A DNA stretch of 63,796 bases, the filler included, from Octopus bimaculoides (lineage: Eukaryota), in the NCBI RefSeq assembly GCF_001194135.2. It is 6 parts of 4 records of this genome, joined end to end, with 100 filler letters (N's around TTAATTAATTAA, not from the genome) between each part and the next. Parts side by side here need not be neighbours in the genome. Positions count along the whole stretch, not along the records: positions 45,175 to 55,375 come from NC_068987.1; positions 55,476 to 57,708 come from NW_026364014.1; positions 57,809 to 63,796 come from NC_068987.1; 3 more parts are not named here. One strand, given 5' to 3'. The first letter of the stretch is position 1, and every line of letters begins with the position of its first letter. The translations under genes and the position numbers were made by a program. Positions 48,855-61,569 of this stretch are shown in pieces. The notes beneath the pieces were generated by a model that saw nothing but the letters and a program-made list of their open reading frames with translations, was not told where the DNA came from and did not search any database.

Positions 48855-49619
48855 TGTTACGACCTGGTGGCCATAACCCAAATTCACAGAATCAATGTGG
48901 ATAGGGTGAATTTAAAACAACACCATACCATGAATTTTTTTGTAAAATATTATTAATAGTCAACATAAAAACAGCTTACATACAAAGAAATATATATACA
49001 AACAAATAGCAAATGCTACACCAGCTGTGCAGTCAAAAGTTACAAGGGTAACATATATACACAGTTTAGAAGTTTGGATTCCATATCCCGTTTTTGGTTT
49101 CAAAAATAGCATTCCAAAATTTTGGATTTCATAAAATCTGGATTTCTATTTTTGTACCAGTTCGGTTTTTCGAATCTCGGATTTTGACAGTGGATTTCGA
49201 ACCTTGACTATCAATTCGGTGTCCAACCTTGGGTTTCGAACATTGATATGTCATAAAATCTGTCTTTCAATTTGTTGTTCAACCTTGGATATCGAACCTT
49301 GGAATGTAGAAACCTTGGATATCAAACCTTGGAATGTAGAAACCTTGGACCCAGATGAGACACAAAAATTTTCTTAAATTTGACAAAAATTCTGGCGAAC
49401 TCCTGGAGAATAAAATAAATCTGCAAATGCCTAACACAAAGCACAAAGTGCATAAACTAAACAGGCAATCATAGCTTCCAGAATCCAATTGAACAAAGCT
49501 GTCAGAAAAACTGGGTGGGAGGGGGTAAAATTATCTCTATTTATAAAGTTTACCAGGGTGTAGCCAATTTGTCATAGTATCAGTTTTGGCTAATAACTAT
49601 AGCATCCCCCATTTTAACA
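48855..49619 (-). mobile_element. 5' LTR of the Gypsy element
   Basis: Inner end TAACA next to the PBS. The outer end is probably TGTTA at 49619 (alternatively TGTAAG at ~49637). Internal 30-bp-period AACCTTGG repeats at 49281-49350. Confidence 0.65.
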
Positions 49620-49691
49620 ATGAACTTCACCCTTACAGTGCAGCATGAAAACCATTTTCCTGTCTACGTCACATTATAACTTATAATTTCC

Positions 49692-52600
49692 TAACAAGGC
49701 ACACTCAAAGGCAGGTCTAGTGAGATTGTAGAAATGCTCGAAAGGAGATAGGTTGATGTATGCTGCATACAAGAAGTAAGGTGGAGAGGAGCTTCAGCTA
49801 GGGTCCTCATAAGCAAGGCACATAGGTATAAGATCTTCTGGCAAAGTAACATAGATGAAGTAGGGGGTGTAGCCATACTCCTTGTGGAGAAATGGGTGGA
49901 TAAGGTCATTGAGGTTGTCAGGGTATGTGATAGAGTGCTTAAGCTCAGGCTAGTCCTGCAGAACAGCACAGCTACAATTATCTCTGCCTACGTCCCACAA
50001 GCGGGACTACCAAATGATCAGAAGGACCATTTTTATGATACCCTTCTACAGGCTACCTCAAAGACGAGTGGCAATGACCTCATCTTTGTGGCTGTAGATT
50101 TTAATGGGCATGTTGGGCGGTTATCTGGTATCTTCACTGGTGTACATGGTGGCCATGGCATTGGTTCCTGGAATGATGAGAAAACTAGGCTACTGGAGTT
50201 CTGTGATGCATGTAACTTTTTAATCTGCACCACTAAGTTCAGGAAGCCAGACAGCCACCTGATAACCTATCAATCAGGTGACTTTGCTGCCCAGATTGAT
50301 TTGATCCTCACCAGACAGTGGGATGCAGGGTTGCTCTTAAATACAAAAACCCTCCCAGGTGAAGAATGCACCCCCCAGCATAGACTAGTCATTAGTGACT
50401 TTCGACTCAAGACCAGAAGGATGCCAAGGAGCAGACCAATCCAGAAGAGAAGGATTTGGAAGCTAAAGAACCCTTCACATGGTCGGAGATTTAGGGACTT
50501 CCTCATCAAGAAATTTGATGAGAGGGAGGAGGAGCTACAGTCCTTGGACATAGAAGGTAGCTGGAAATTCCTACGAGACAGCTTACTGTGTGACACAGAC
50601 CAAATCTGTGGATGGTGCAAAGTCCCTTCCAGACGTAGAGTAATGTGGTGGTGGAATAACATGGTAGACAAAGAAACAGGCCTGGAAAGCCTGGAAGGAT
50701 GGAGGTAGCAGGGAACTGTACTAGATAGTAAAAAGGGAGGCTGGGCAACAGGTATACATAGCCAAGGATGAAGCAGAAAAGAATAAGTTTGCCAATGTCC
50801 AGTGACTTGAGGACCAAAAAACTGAAGTATTTCAGATTGCAAGACAGTGTGTGAGAGATAATTGTGATGTCACAGGAGAGAAATGTGTCCGCATGGATGA
50901 TGGTGCACATGCTTTTAATGATTCAGAAAAGAAAGGCTTGGAGAAGCCATTATGAAAGACTGCTTAACGTGGAAAATGAATGGGAGAAGGAGAGCCTGCC
51001 AAATGTTGATCCAGTAGAGGGACCAGCTATCTGAATAAACAGCACCCTTGTAGAAAAAGCAATTAAGGGTATGAAGTGAGGAAAAGCCCCGGCTCATCAG
51101 AAATTACTGCTGAGATGCTTAAAACATCTGGTGGTGTGGGCTTTGGCCTAGTTACCCATATTGTAAACCTATTAGTTCACGAAGGAGTCATACCCAATGA
51201 CTGGCATAGCAGCACCATAGTCAACTGCTACAAGGGTAAAGGTGATGCTTTAGATAGAGATAACTACAGGGGTATCAAACTGCCGGATCAGGTGATGAAG
51301 GTCACAGAGAGGGTCATAGCCCAACTAACTAGGGAGAGAGTCTGCTTAGATGAGATGCAGTTTGGTTTTGTGCCAGGTAGAAGCACCACTGATGCTATAT
51401 TCCTGGTACGGCAACTGCAGGAGAAATACCTAGCCAAAGATAAACCCCTATATTTGGCTTTTGTGGACTTGGAGAAAGCCTTTGACAGGGTCCCCTGATC
51501 CCATATCTGGTGGGTGATGCAGAAACTGGTAATTGACAAATGGTTAATAAGGGCTGTACAGGCCCTATACAGAGATGCTGTTAGTAGGGTTAGGATTGGC
51601 AATGAGTATAGTGAAGAATTCAGGGTAGAAGTAGGGGTCCACCAAGGATCAGCCCTCAGCCCCCTCTTATTCATCATAGTCCTTCAGGCAATATCAGAAT
51701 CACTACCAGAACTAGAGAAGAAATTTCAAGTGTGGAAACAAGGTTTAGAATCGAAGGGCTTTAGAGTCAATGTTGCAAAGACCAAAGTTCTAGTAAGTAG
51801 GAAGGCAAACACATTACACAGTAGGTGGCCCTGCTCGATCTGTAGAAAAGGTGTAGGTAGAAACTCCATAAGATGTATCCAGTGTAAGCTATGGACACAT
51901 AAGAGGTGCAGCAACCTCAAAGGAAGATTAACCGGGAAGATAGCTTTCATGTGCAGCAGATGCACAGGGCAACAAACACCACAAATGCTCAGAAAACCAT
52001 CACGTGCCAAGGGGAGAAACTAGAAGTAGTTGATAGCTTCTGCTACCTAGGTGACCAAGTCTGTAGTGGGAGTGGATGCTCAGAGAGTCTGACTACTAGA
52101 ATAGGAATAGCCTGGGCAAAATTCAGAAAGCTTCTACCCCTACTGGTGACAAAGGCCTCTCGCTCAGAGTGAAAGGTAGGTTGTATGATGCATGTGTGTG
52201 AACCGCTATGCTTCATGGCAAGGAAACATGGGCCATGACTGCTGAAGACATGTGTAGGCTTGAAAAAAATGAAGCTAACATGATCCGCTGGATGTGTAAA
52301 ATCAGTATGCACACATGACAGAGTGTAAGTGCCCTGAGAGAAATGTTAGCCATAAGAAACATCAGTTTGAGTTGGTATGGTCATGTCCTGTGGATGGACA
52401 AGGAGAGCTGTGTGAAGAAGTGCCACTCCCAATCAGTGGAAGGAATCCAGAGTAGAGGAAGACCCAGGAAGACATGGGATGAGGCGGTGAAGCATGACCT
52501 TTGAACGTTGGGCCTCATAGAGGCAATGACAAAAAACAGAGTCCTCTGGAAATATACTGTGACTGAGAAGACCTGGCAAATAAAGTGAGTTCACAGCTGT

Positions 52601-53091
52601 AACCTACACCAAAGTCGCATAAGCAGCCCAATCAAAAGTACCTTGGATTCTAGGGTAACATGCCATCCTTGAAGAGACCTATAGAGTCAAGTACATCAAC
52701 ATCAACATCAATATCAAAATCAAATCAAATCAAATTACAATCAAATGGAAATTGTAGTTGTGACCCCCATATTGGTGGCACACAAAAAGCACCATCCGAA
52801 CGTGGCCAATGCCAGTGCCACCTTGACTGGCTTCCATTTCGGTGGTATGTAAAAAGCACCATCCGATCGTGGTCGATGCCATCTCCTCACGCCCCTGTGC
52901 CGGTGGCACGTAAAAAACACCCACTACACTCTTGAAATGGTTGGCGTTAGGAAGAGCATCCAGCTGTAGAAACACTTCCAGATCAGATTGGGGCCTAGGG
53001 TAGCCTCCTGGATTCTCAGACCCCAGTTGAACCGTCCAACCATACCATACATGGAAAACGGACGTTAAATGATGATGATGATAATGATGAT
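49692..53091 (+). mobile_element. near full-length but inactivated RTE LINE (APE, RT with PHD-type insertion, 3' UTR, (GAT)n tail)
   Basis: VDVCCIQEVRW; IISAYVPQ; DFNGHVG; QIDLIL (APE). KSPGSSEI; NYRGIKL; FVDLEKAFDRVP; GVHQGSALSPLLF; CYLG (RT). Many stops; tail at 53070-53091. Confidence 0.92.
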
Positions 53092-53610
53092 ATACGTATG
53101 TATTATATGAGTACAGCATGTCACCAACAGTAAACAACATGAAATACAAAAACAAATGAGTTCAATATGCAAACAGCGAGAGAAGCAAATGGAAAACAGG
53201 ATAAGTACCACAAAGAACGACCCTTCATCAATTGCTGGTTGTTTATGTACTCTTCATTTCAAGCATTGAATGACAATATGAATCTTTGAAAACAGTTACT
53301 CCCATAAGTACCAAAATAAAATTTGGAATTTATGGAGGGTCCAGTCCTTAGGTTAGTCTTGAAAGAAAAGAAAGAAGATCACATGAGGAAAACAAGGATG
53401 GACAATGGTCATATGTGAGCAATGAGAGAGAGAACATGAGAAGAAGGGGAGAGAGAGAGAGAGAGAGAGACAGATAGAAAATAGTGAAGAGGAGAAAAAA
53501 GAGAATTAGAGAAAGGATGAAAGAAAACGAGGGGGGAGAAAAACAGTATAGAGTCACATCAAAAAGATTAAGATAAACTTACTTGGAAACGGATGTGTGG
53601 CGTTCAATCA
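53092..53610 (-). mobile_element. interspersed repeat family P (Penelope-like)
   Basis: Homologous to 54405-54915, including the GA-rich internal segment. Confidence 0.6.
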
Positions 53611-53622
53611 AATAATAATATA

Positions 53623-53663
<41 letters not shown>

Positions 53664-54404
53664 AGTAAAAATAAGTACAAAAAAGGTGGGTTTTTTTGTA
53701 TGATTGTGTATNNNNNNNNNNNNNNNNNNNNNNNNNNNNNNNNNNNNNNNNNNNNNNNNNNNNNNNNNNNNNNNNNNNNNNNNNNNNNNNNNNNNNNNNN
53801 NNNNNNNNNNNNNNNNNNNNNNNNNNNNNNNNNNNNNNNNNNNNNNNNNNNNNNNNNNNNNNNNNNNNNNNNNNNNNNNNNNNNNNNNNNNNNNNNNNNN
53901 NNNNNNNNNNNNNNNNNNNNNNNNNNNNNNNNNNNNNNNNNNNNNNNNNNNNNNNNNNNNNNNNNNNNNNNNNNNNNNNNNNNNNNNNNNNNNNNNNNNN
54001 NNNNNNNNNNNNNNNNNNNNNNNNNNNNNNNNNNNNNNNNNNNNNNNNNNNNNNNNNNNNNNNNNNNNNNNNNNNNNNNNNNNNNNNNNNNNNNNNNNNN
54101 NNNNNNNNNNNNNNNNNNNNNNNNNNNNNNNNNNNNNNNNNNNNNNNNNNNNNNNNNNNNNNNNNNNNNNNNNNTTTATATTTATATATTTGATCCTTTA
54201 TATTGAACACTCAATATTTCATCTACATTCAATACTTTCTTTCATGGTGCCATCCATTTTTATTTTATTTTATTTTATATTATATATTGTATATTCCATA
54301 TTCTATACCCCACATTGGTTCTGCAGGAATATAAATAAAACATAAAAAACAGACAGTGTTGGAACTCTTTTAAACAAAATAATATATATATATATATATA
54401 TACA

Positions 54405-55101
54405 CATATGCATATATGAGTATAGGACATCACCAACAGTAAACAATACGAAATACAAGAACAAATGAGTTCAATACACAAACACCAAGAGAAACAGATG
54501 GAAAACGGGACAAGTAACATGAAGAACGACCCTTCATCAGTTGTCAGCTGTTTATTTACTCCTCATTTCAAGCATTGAATGACAATATGAGTCTTCGAAG
54601 ACAGTTGCTTCCATAAGTTCCAAAATAAAAATTGGGATTTATGGAGAGTAAATGTTGGGAACAAAAACAGGACATACAAAGAAACCAAAGCAAAACAAAC
54701 ATGGAAGGTTGTTAGACCTGAATGAGGGTAAAATAGCAAACGCTAGAGAAATATTGTATTTGACTAGAGAAAAGATAGAAGAGAGAGATAGGATATGTCC
54801 AGTCCTTAGGACAGTCCTGAAAGAAAAGAAAGATGATCACATAAAGAGAAGAATGATGGTCAGATGTGAGTAAAGGAGAGAGAGAATAGGAGAAAGAGGG
54901 AGAGAGAGAGAGACAGATAGAAGACTCATATTTTCGTTCAGTGCTCGAAATGTTGGAGGGTCGACAACTGATGGAGGGTCATTCTTTATGTTACTTGCCC
55001 TGTTTTCCATTTGTTTTTCTCGTTTGCGTATTGAACTCATTTGTTTTTGTATTTCATGTTGTTTATTGTTGGTGATGTCCTGTACCCTATATATGCATAT
55101 G
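54405..55101. mobile_element. family P element with ~190-bp inverted arms
   Basis: Arms 54405-54598 and 54920-55101; flanked by (TA)n on both sides. Confidence 0.75.
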
Positions 55102-55108
55102 TATAATG

Positions 55109-55152
<44 letters not shown>

Positions 55153-55338
55153 AAATCCAAAAGAAAAAAATAACAACAAAACTACAAAGGATTCCGCGGT
55201 ACACGTGTTTCAAGCTCTACATGTGTATAATATAATATAACATAATATAATATGTGTATAATCTACAATGTAAAGCTTGTCAAGTATTACCTCTAATTTT
55301 CAATTTACCTCTCTCTCTCTATATATATATATATACAT

Positions 55339-55375
55339 AGGGCGCAGGAATGGCTGTGTGGTAAGTAGCTTGCTT
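55339..55375 (+). mobile_element. SINE family B head truncated by a gap
   Basis: AGGCGCAGGAATGGCTGTGTGGTAAGTAGCTTGCTT. Confidence 0.75.
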
Positions 55376-55755
55376 NNNNNNNNNNNNNNNNNNNNNNNNN
55401 NNNNNNNNNNNNNNNNNNNTTAATTAATTAANNNNNNNNNNNNNNNNNNNNNNNNNNNNNNNNNNNNNNNNNNNNATACATACAGATATATATATATTTA
55501 TATACATACAGATATATATATATATCTATATATATATTTATATCTTTACATATATATGTATATATATACATATATATATATATATGCATATACATATATA
55601 TGTATATATATACACACATTAATATAATATATACATATAGATACATACACATACATATGCATACATACATACACATACATATACATACATGCATACACAT
55701 ACATATACATACATGCATACACATACATATACATACATATATCCATATATATATG

Positions 55756-55791
<36 letters not shown>

Positions 55792-55862
55792 TACATTTAT
55801 ATATATAGGCACAAAGACAATCATGTACATATATACATCTATGTTCATATACACGCACAGCA

Positions 55863-55898
<36 letters not shown>

Positions 55899-56970
55899 TG
55901 TGTGTGTGTGTGTGTGTGTGTATACACGTAATTATGTATCCACTACTCGGCTGATAATTTAAATTATTAATGGACAATTTTTTTTTAATATAATTACTAT
56001 ATTTTTCATATTCCATTCTTCGTTTACACTTGTCGTAGTTTTAGAGTTAATGAAATCTACCTGGTTGTATTTCGGTCATTTTATACAGAAGACGAAAAAT
56101 TAAACTTCCGCAAAATACACTAAGGTATTTAATAACGTCCCTTTAATTTTTGTTGAAGTTCAAATCTCGCCAGGACCCAAGTTATCCTATTTATGCCACT
56201 ACACCCAATAATTCAATGAAGGAAAATATCAACAGGGGTCTATTGAAACGTATACATACAAAGTGGGCCCATATATTGAACCCCTTCAACCAGAAATCCG
56301 TGTTGTTGTTTATTCATATTATTGTTCATAAATATTCTTGTTCTTGATGGTCGCGTTGTTTAGTAGCATATGAGCCTGTTCGAAACTCCTTAACGGTCAA
56401 AGCCCTACGAGCCGTTATCCTCCTTTAGATTTTCAAACAAGAGCAATTCTAAAACTTAGCTATAGAATAACCGTCTTTATTTCTGAAATGGTAGGAGATA
56501 ATTTGAGTGGATTTTGCTACAATTTCTAGCAAGTCAAAAGAGAGAATAGTGGCTGCTTCATTTACTTGTGTTGGATAATGCAGTTGAAGTTACAACGGTA
56601 ATCCATATACAAAAAATACTATACTATAAAATTCGTTATTTTATTTAAAATGTTAGGAGTTAATTTGAAGATTTATCTATAATTTCCATCTAATCGAAAG
56701 ACATGATAGCCACGTCTTCAGTCACTCAATTTTCTTGTTGTTGTTGTTGCTATTTTTATAATTGTAATCATTATTGAAATTAAGTACTGTAAGGCATTAC
56801 TCGCTTTCTATATTATTTGCTACAGGGTTAATTCCGAATGTCCAACACGAATATGTCTGTATATACCTGTAAAATACTATGGACGAAGGGCCTCCATAAA
56901 GAACACAATCATCTCGGTATCATTGTTACAGTATTGTAACTTAACAACTACAACTATAATAATATGTGTG

Positions 56971-57064
56971 TACAAAGAATAAGCTCTGGGGTTGACTTGC
57001 TCGACTATAAAAAAGGCGGTGCTCCAGCATGGCCGCAGTCAAATGACTGAAACAAGTAAGAGTA
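56971..57064 (+). mobile_element. SINE family B tail fragment
   Basis: GGCGGTGCTCCAGCATGGCCGCAGTCAAATGACTGAAACAAGTAAGAG. Confidence 0.75.
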
Positions 57065-57243
57065 TATACATATATATACATATATACATATATATACATA
57101 TATATATATATATACACAAATCTCAAGTTATAGGTCTGAATATATGTATTTACACATGTGTGCGTGCGTATAAGCGCACGCAATATATATAAATAAAAAC
57201 ACATACACACACATATATATATGAGTGTGTGTGTATGCGTGTA

Positions 57244-57284
<41 letters not shown>

Positions 57285-57572
57285 GAGCGTTTATATATAA
57301 ATAAATCTAGAGAAGGATCTATAATCAGTTTCGGACACATATACAAAACGACCTGTTTACATAACGACAGAAATATGTCAATATACATATGCACACACAC
57401 AGAAATATATGTGACTGTGTACATATATATGTGTGTGTATAAATATATATACATATATGTGTATACATATATATGTCTATATATGTATACATATATATAT
57501 ATAGATATATATGTCTATATACGTATACATATATATGTATATATATATATATATAATATATGTGTGTGTGTG

Positions 57573-57604
<32 letters not shown>

Positions 57605-58074
57605 CATATATATATATATGTATGTACGTATGTATATATTATATATATATATATATGTATGTACGTATGTATATATTATATTTATATATATATATATATA
57701 TATATATANNNNNNNNNNNNNNNNNNNNNNNNNNNNNNNNNNNNNNNNNNNNTTAATTAATTAANNNNNNNNNNNNNNNNNNNNNNNNNNNNNNNNNNNN
57801 NNNNNNNNCCTCTGGCATTAGGAGCGGGAAGTCGGCCTCGTTGAAAACCTTAGCCATATTCGTTTTAAAGAATATGGCTAGGAACGAGGAAGATATGTTT
57901 GAATTTTTGGAAATAAGGCTCTAAATAGAGCTATTTCCGATTTGAAAAATATATGTTCACGAAGTATTTTGTGTTATACACAACTTATACAAAATTTTAA
58001 AACAAAATAGGTCTTTTAAGAGGTGAAAAATGCAACTTACATGGGAGCCGATGTGTCTACCGTCCGTCCATGAT

Positions 58075-58118
<44 letters not shown>

Positions 58119-58489
58119 TTTTAACATGTTTGCAGGTTTCCGTACTCTAGCTAGACACTTTTAAAAGAACGTTATTCATTTTCTCAGTTACATCATCCGC
58201 ACATATAATCTCTTTATAAATTATATAATAGCACAAATGTTCGATATTTATGCAATTATCGTTCTAACTATTATATAATGTAATTATCTACAAATAATTA
58301 AACGAGAAATTTATGTAACTTGTACTTAAAATTTAATAGTTGCATTTGTATATGAGTTCGTTCATATTCATATATTAAATAACGATGAATAAATTCAGAA
58401 CACGAATTACACTAACACTCATCAATCACTGTTCTCTGTTTAGTAATTATTAAGTTTGAGTAAGATTTGTGTTTGTGGGCCATGTTGTC

Positions 58490-59095
58490 AATGTAGCAGA
58501 TAATAGTATTCCATAGCAGCAGTTCAAAGAGGAGCTGTGCACTGGAAAGCATCCTCAGCACAATCCACAAGTGTTCAAAAACACCGGCCAAAAGGCCAAA
58601 TAAAAGAATTGCAGATCAACGTAAAAATATCTTTGGAAAGCGTATAAGACAGGGAGTAAAACATTTGAAGAGGATCGCCTTTTGCACGAAAGCCTAAAGT
58701 GCTTGTTTTGGATGGACTGTAATCAGGACTTCAATGAGAACAGGAAATGCCGGCGGTGTGAAACGTCGCCGTGTACTCCTTTCTAGGGCTGCGCGTGTAA
58801 ACCTTGTTAACTTCAATGAACGATCAGCTCTCTCAGACTTGGTGACTCGAAATGTGTAGTGGGTGAAAGGGCTTGTATGTCGATTTCGGGTCCTGGGAGA
58901 CATATGCCTCCACAGAAACCATATGTCACAGAGTGATCAGATCAATCTAGTGGAAATTACAACTTTCTTCAAGCCATGCAGTTCTGCAGCGGGACTAAAT
59001 ACTCAACTGAGAGGTCATAGACGGAAGATCAGAAATGCCATTGACAACGAGGAGGTTCAAAGAGACAGCAATCGTCTATGAGGATGAAGGAATCA
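58490..59095 (+). mobile_element. degraded RTE LINE 3' end with C-terminal zinc-finger remnants
   Basis: EELCTGKHP..PQVFKN; RACMSISGPGRHM; FKPCSSAAGLNTQLRGH; RTE-like terminal CGTCTATGAGGATGAAGGAATC. Confidence 0.55.
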
Positions 59096-59397
59096 CTATG
59101 TTTGTATGTATGAGAGTGTGTATGGATGAGAGAGAGAAAAAAAAGAAAGAGAGAGAGTGAGTGTGAGAGAGTAGGTTCCTGATGACTGTGTAATTAAAAG
59201 TGAGTGTATTTTTCCGTAATATTGTATAAATAGTAATGATACTATATTAGAGAGATTCATATTTTTCTTATAAAAACACGAGTAAAATAAGCAACATGAT
59301 TAATTTAATCCGCTAAATCATTTGGGAGAGTTGGCCCTGGACAACAATTGACGATTTATCGAAACCGTCAAAGAAAAATAGGTTACATAAGATTTTG

Positions 59398-59703
59398 TCA
59401 CCGAATGCACAGTGTAAAAGTGACGATAACGAAAGAGATGTTAATAATGAACGCTGGTGTATAATGACGATAGTGAGGATGTGTGCTGGTTGTACTCTGC
59501 ATAGTGGTGATGGTTGTGGAGGCGTGTGTTGTGTTAAAATCTGTTGATGGCGGCTGTAAAGATTCCATGTATTTACTAGATATAATAGGGGATGGAGATA
59601 GTGGTACTTTCTGTATATTATTGTTCAGACCGATTGTGACAGTGGCACTGGCAAACGATTGCAAATGCATTAGTGATGAAATTTGTCTCATGTTGGCTTT
59701 CAA
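59398..59703 (-). CDS. candidate terminal exon: Ser/Thr/Pro-rich stalk plus hydrophobic C-terminus
   Basis: Non-microsatellite ORF ..SPSPIISSKYMESLQPPSTDFNTTHASTTITTMQSTTSTHPHYRHYTPAFIINISFVIVTFTLCIR*. Possible acceptor TTTGCCAG near 59652. No recognisable homology. Confidence 0.3.
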   Translation of the reverse strand: MKANMRQISSLMHLQSFASATVTIGLNNNIQKVPLSPSPIISSKYMESLQPPSTDFNTTHASTTITTMQSTTSTHPHYRHYTPAFIINISFVIVTFTLCIR

Positions 59704-60278
59704 GGTAATATTAGTGACTATGACATTTGTTCATTGGTTTATTATCAGATTTATGATTGCTTGGAGAGCCATATACTAAAATATATAAAGTTGATTTCGC
59801 ATAAGTTATACAATGTTTATGTATCTAGATTAAAAATCTGCTGTGTTACTTAAACAATTATCAAAGCTCATGAAAAATCAATCGCTATTCATAATAATTT
59901 GGTATTCAAGTTACAATGTTATCAAGTTTTTATATGCTAGATTATAATGCAATTTTAGTTATGAGAATTTGATAAATTAAAACCGTCACTGGTGTTTGGA
60001 TTAAATACAAACTGGTTGAATTGCTGAAATTTGCTAAAACGGTTACTTATCTTCTACATTTTAATTCTTTTTGCCATTGGATGTGGTTGTGGTGAAGAAC
60101 CGTTTTGAAGAGTTTAGTCGAACTAAAACATTTCCCTGTGATCATCTTTGTTTTACTCTACTATCAATACTATCGGCTTATGTTGACGAGCTCTTAAGTT
60201 ACGGTGGCGCGAACCAAACTATAGTGGGGGACAATGCAACACAAGGGCAGAGGCACAAACATAGATGGACACACGCTC

Positions 60279-60321
<43 letters not shown>

Positions 60322-60348
60322 NNNNNNNNNNTATATATATATACGTAC

Positions 60349-60392
<44 letters not shown>

Positions 60393-61569
60393 ATATGTAT
60401 GTATACATAGGATAGGATTCCCATCCTTCAGTTGCCGTCTACCCGACATACGTGCACATATTGCCGCTTAGAGGGGCTGACTCTAGGACTACGTTGCTGG
60501 AAAGCCATATTGTTAAACAAACAACCAGTTCTAACTCCGAATTATTGATTTCATTTAATGTTTATTGTTTGTTCTTTTAAAGAATGACGACCATCAATGC
60601 TAAAGTGTTAACTGCAATATAATAGAATATACTGCATATAAAAATCCGAAGATTAATGTATATTCAATATATATTTATTTAAGTGTTAGTCATGTTTCTG
60701 CAATAGTTAATGGTATTCAACACTGAGAAGACGTAGAGATATGTATGTGTGTATGTATGTATGTATCTATGTGTGTATGTATGAATGTACGTATGCATGT
60801 ATCTATGTGTAATATCCGGGTGTATATTGTTCTACATATCGCAAAAGTTTGTTATTGTGTCGAAAGGCAAGAACTTCCAGTATTCTTCTCCAGATGTATA
60901 ATATCAAAATATATATATTGTTGTGCTAGAGCTTATCCACAGGCTGGCAAGGTGGAACCTTGATTGTTCCCTGTTGGAGGCCCACCTTATTTGGGAGGAT
61001 TACATCATTCACATGTATCATATATTCTAAACATGGTTTTGTCATTTACGCTCTTTTTTTCTTTAGTAATTTTTTTTTTTGTAAAATCTCACGCACACTG
61101 TAAACATACATTATATCTTCCTCCGTAGATGTCCGACCTTTTAGCAAAGAAAAATATATATAACCACCACCACTACAGTCACCATGTTTATCACTACCAC
61201 CGCCACCACCACTACCACCACTACAAACAACAAAAACAACAATACCATCACCACCACCACCACCATTACCATCATCATCATCATCATGAACAGCAGCAGT
61301 AGCATAGTGTTCATCATTATCAAAATCTTCGCCAGTCTCATCACCAGTAGAATTCGAAATTTCATTACATTGTTATTGTTAATGTTGGTCATGTGCTAGT
61401 AGCAACAGAAAGAAAAGAAGAACCTGCAAAACAACAACGAGCAACAAAACGCAAGGGGAAATAACCAGCGAACACATTAATCTTACAAAGACTAGAACAA
61501 AAAACAAAAAAAAAATGAAATATACGTCACCACTTATCGCAATAGCAAGAATAACAATAGCATTTACAA

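Noticed and set aside
52895-52960. Twister ribozyme in the RTE 3' UTR
   Set aside because: Only simple hairpins are present; the twister core and pseudoknot elements are absent.
57849-57884. 13-bp-arm hairpin (CTTAGCCATATTC/GAATATGGCTAGG)
   Set aside because: An isolated stem near a contig end; eukaryotic context gives no basis for a terminator call and no element boundaries were visible.
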